Assembly (NCBI GenBank): GCA_964035545.1
Contig: OZ037768.1
Location: 10,262,741 to 10,326,740, forward strand
Length of the DNA stretch: 64,000 bases
Direction of reading: 5' to 3'
From: Bugula neritina
Lineage: Eukaryota > Animalia > Bryozoa
Positions 62,436 to 64,000 of the stretch are shown here, piece by piece (within the stretch, counting starts at the first letter, position 1; each line of letters starts with the position of its first letter). Position numbers and translations under genes: made by a program. The notes under the pieces were generated by a model. That model saw nothing but the letters and a program-made list of their open reading frames with translations. It was not told the origin of the DNA and ran no database searches.

Positions 62436-64000
62436 GTAAGTATATGAACACATTCGAACTTATGTAGTTGTTTCAAATAACTTTAGTTGTGGGCTGAAAC
62501 ATTTATATTTTAGAATACATTTTACAGCATGTATATGTATATTTTTTAGCCAAGCAAAATTTATAGATAATCTTGATCAAACTAATATAAAAACTTGGAA
62601 ATTTGTCAAACTTAGGTGATGCTTTGTTCAGCCTTGAGTTGCAGTACAGCCTTCCAGTTAAAGTTTTCAATTCTCATATGTACAATATCTTGCCTAAGCA
62701 AGAGCATACAATGCTTATCATATTACATTTTTTAAATTTCATTACCAAAATAAATCCAAAGCAAATTTTTGAAAAAAATTAAACATTAACTTATCACTTC
62801 AGTACCCGAGTTAACAAACATTATAACACTTTGAACTTTTAGATACAAGACAATATCTATATAAGTCGACGGTTTTTTTAGTTTAGAGGAAAGCAATCAG
62901 TATAAGTAAGTTACTTGTTCTAAATTATTGGGTTTAAGGACTGATGGAGGTTGACAATTTGCCTAAATTAAATTGTTGGATTTAGGTAATAAAGGTTGTT
63001 AGCAAGGTGTTAGCAATTTGAAGTCAAAATAGAATCATTAGGTTTAATTGTTTGAAAAGTTGACTTGGCTAAAGAAGTTACAGTATTACCTAGTTTCCTC
63101 ATATTATGATAACTAATTTGTCAAAATAATTGAATGGTATATAATGCTAATGAAAAGCAGTAGTTTACTCAATCCTACCTATTTTAGTTCAATGCTTCAA
63201 CTTTTAATAATTTAGTCTAATATTTAACATTATAATCTGTTCCTTTACTTTATCTACTTATAATTACAGACCCAATACTAATTTGTCCTCAACTGTTTAA
63301 ATGTTGCCATTCCATGGTAAAAAGTATTAAGCACGGAATTCTAGACTGCAAGCCTACTCCTCAGTTTTTGTGATGTTTAAAATGTTAATATTTATAGTTT
63401 ATAGAGCATGCTTATATTTTAAGGTCTAATTGTTGCAGCGCTTTCTTGGCAGCAATAAATATCAAATGAAACTTTCTGCTTTCTTAGTTTCAAGCTTTAT
63501 CAACTAGAGTTATTCAAGCTGCTAGGTGCAGAAATTCATGTTTTTGTTTGGATTTGAAATGCAACAGCTTTATTTCATAGCAAAAATAGCTTCCCATGTT
63601 CAGTTATAACTGGCAACTATTTAAAAAAAACTGTAATTTGGTACCAACTGCCAACTGGAAACATTGGGACATGTATGTATGCCTTTCCTAACCTACAGCT
63701 ATACTTGTTATAGAGGTTTTTAACTTTCCAACATAGGAAACAAACTTGAAATCTTATTTTACTATCAACACTTTCAGCAGTTACAATCTCTTTAGTCAAT
63801 CAAAAAATAAATAAAACTAACTAATTTATAAGAGCTGTAAATATAAACTAGGTTGACAAACAAGCTTTTTAAGTCTGTTGAAAATTTATGCATATATAGT
63901 TTAAAGATGGAGCTTTTATTTATGGCATTCTACCTAATTGAAGCAATCCAATAAATTTTAGACATGCTCAAGAAGTTTTTAGCTAAATTACAACACATAA

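Overview
AT-rich, intron-rich nuclear DNA from an invertebrate animal; nothing prokaryotic and no CRISPR. Exon chains were assembled by hand and checked for reading-frame phase. In order: the 5' part of ZC3H3 (-, runs off the left edge); MAD1/MAD1L1 (+, 14 coding exons, about 725 aa); an unrecognised 488-aa coiled-coil gene (-) with a GC-AG intron; MED13 (+, 30 coding exons, about 1901 aa); MRPL37 (-, 416 aa); a partially tandem-duplicated orphan locus (-) whose copies end in a basic+Cys-cluster tail; a secreted N-formylglutamate-amidohydrolase-like metallohydrolase (+, 310 aa); and the signal-peptide exon of another gene at the right edge. Repeats include a decayed CR1/L2-type LINE, an RTE 3' end, tRNA-derived SINEs, a hAT-type MITE with a nested foldback element, two other TIR elements, and mini/microsatellites. 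Best leads: (i) at the orphan locus, a UGA in one paralog aligns with a Cys codon in the other and the downstream codons stay conserved, while the parent copy has a one-base frame break; (ii) the secreted, intron-containing HutG/FGase-like enzyme; (iii) runs of sense-strand, G-U-containing hairpins in several MED13 introns; (iv) altered regulatory motifs in MAD1 (RLK->RLM) and MED13 (no Fbw7 degron at the vertebrate position). Gene identities rest on recalled motifs; no database search was run.
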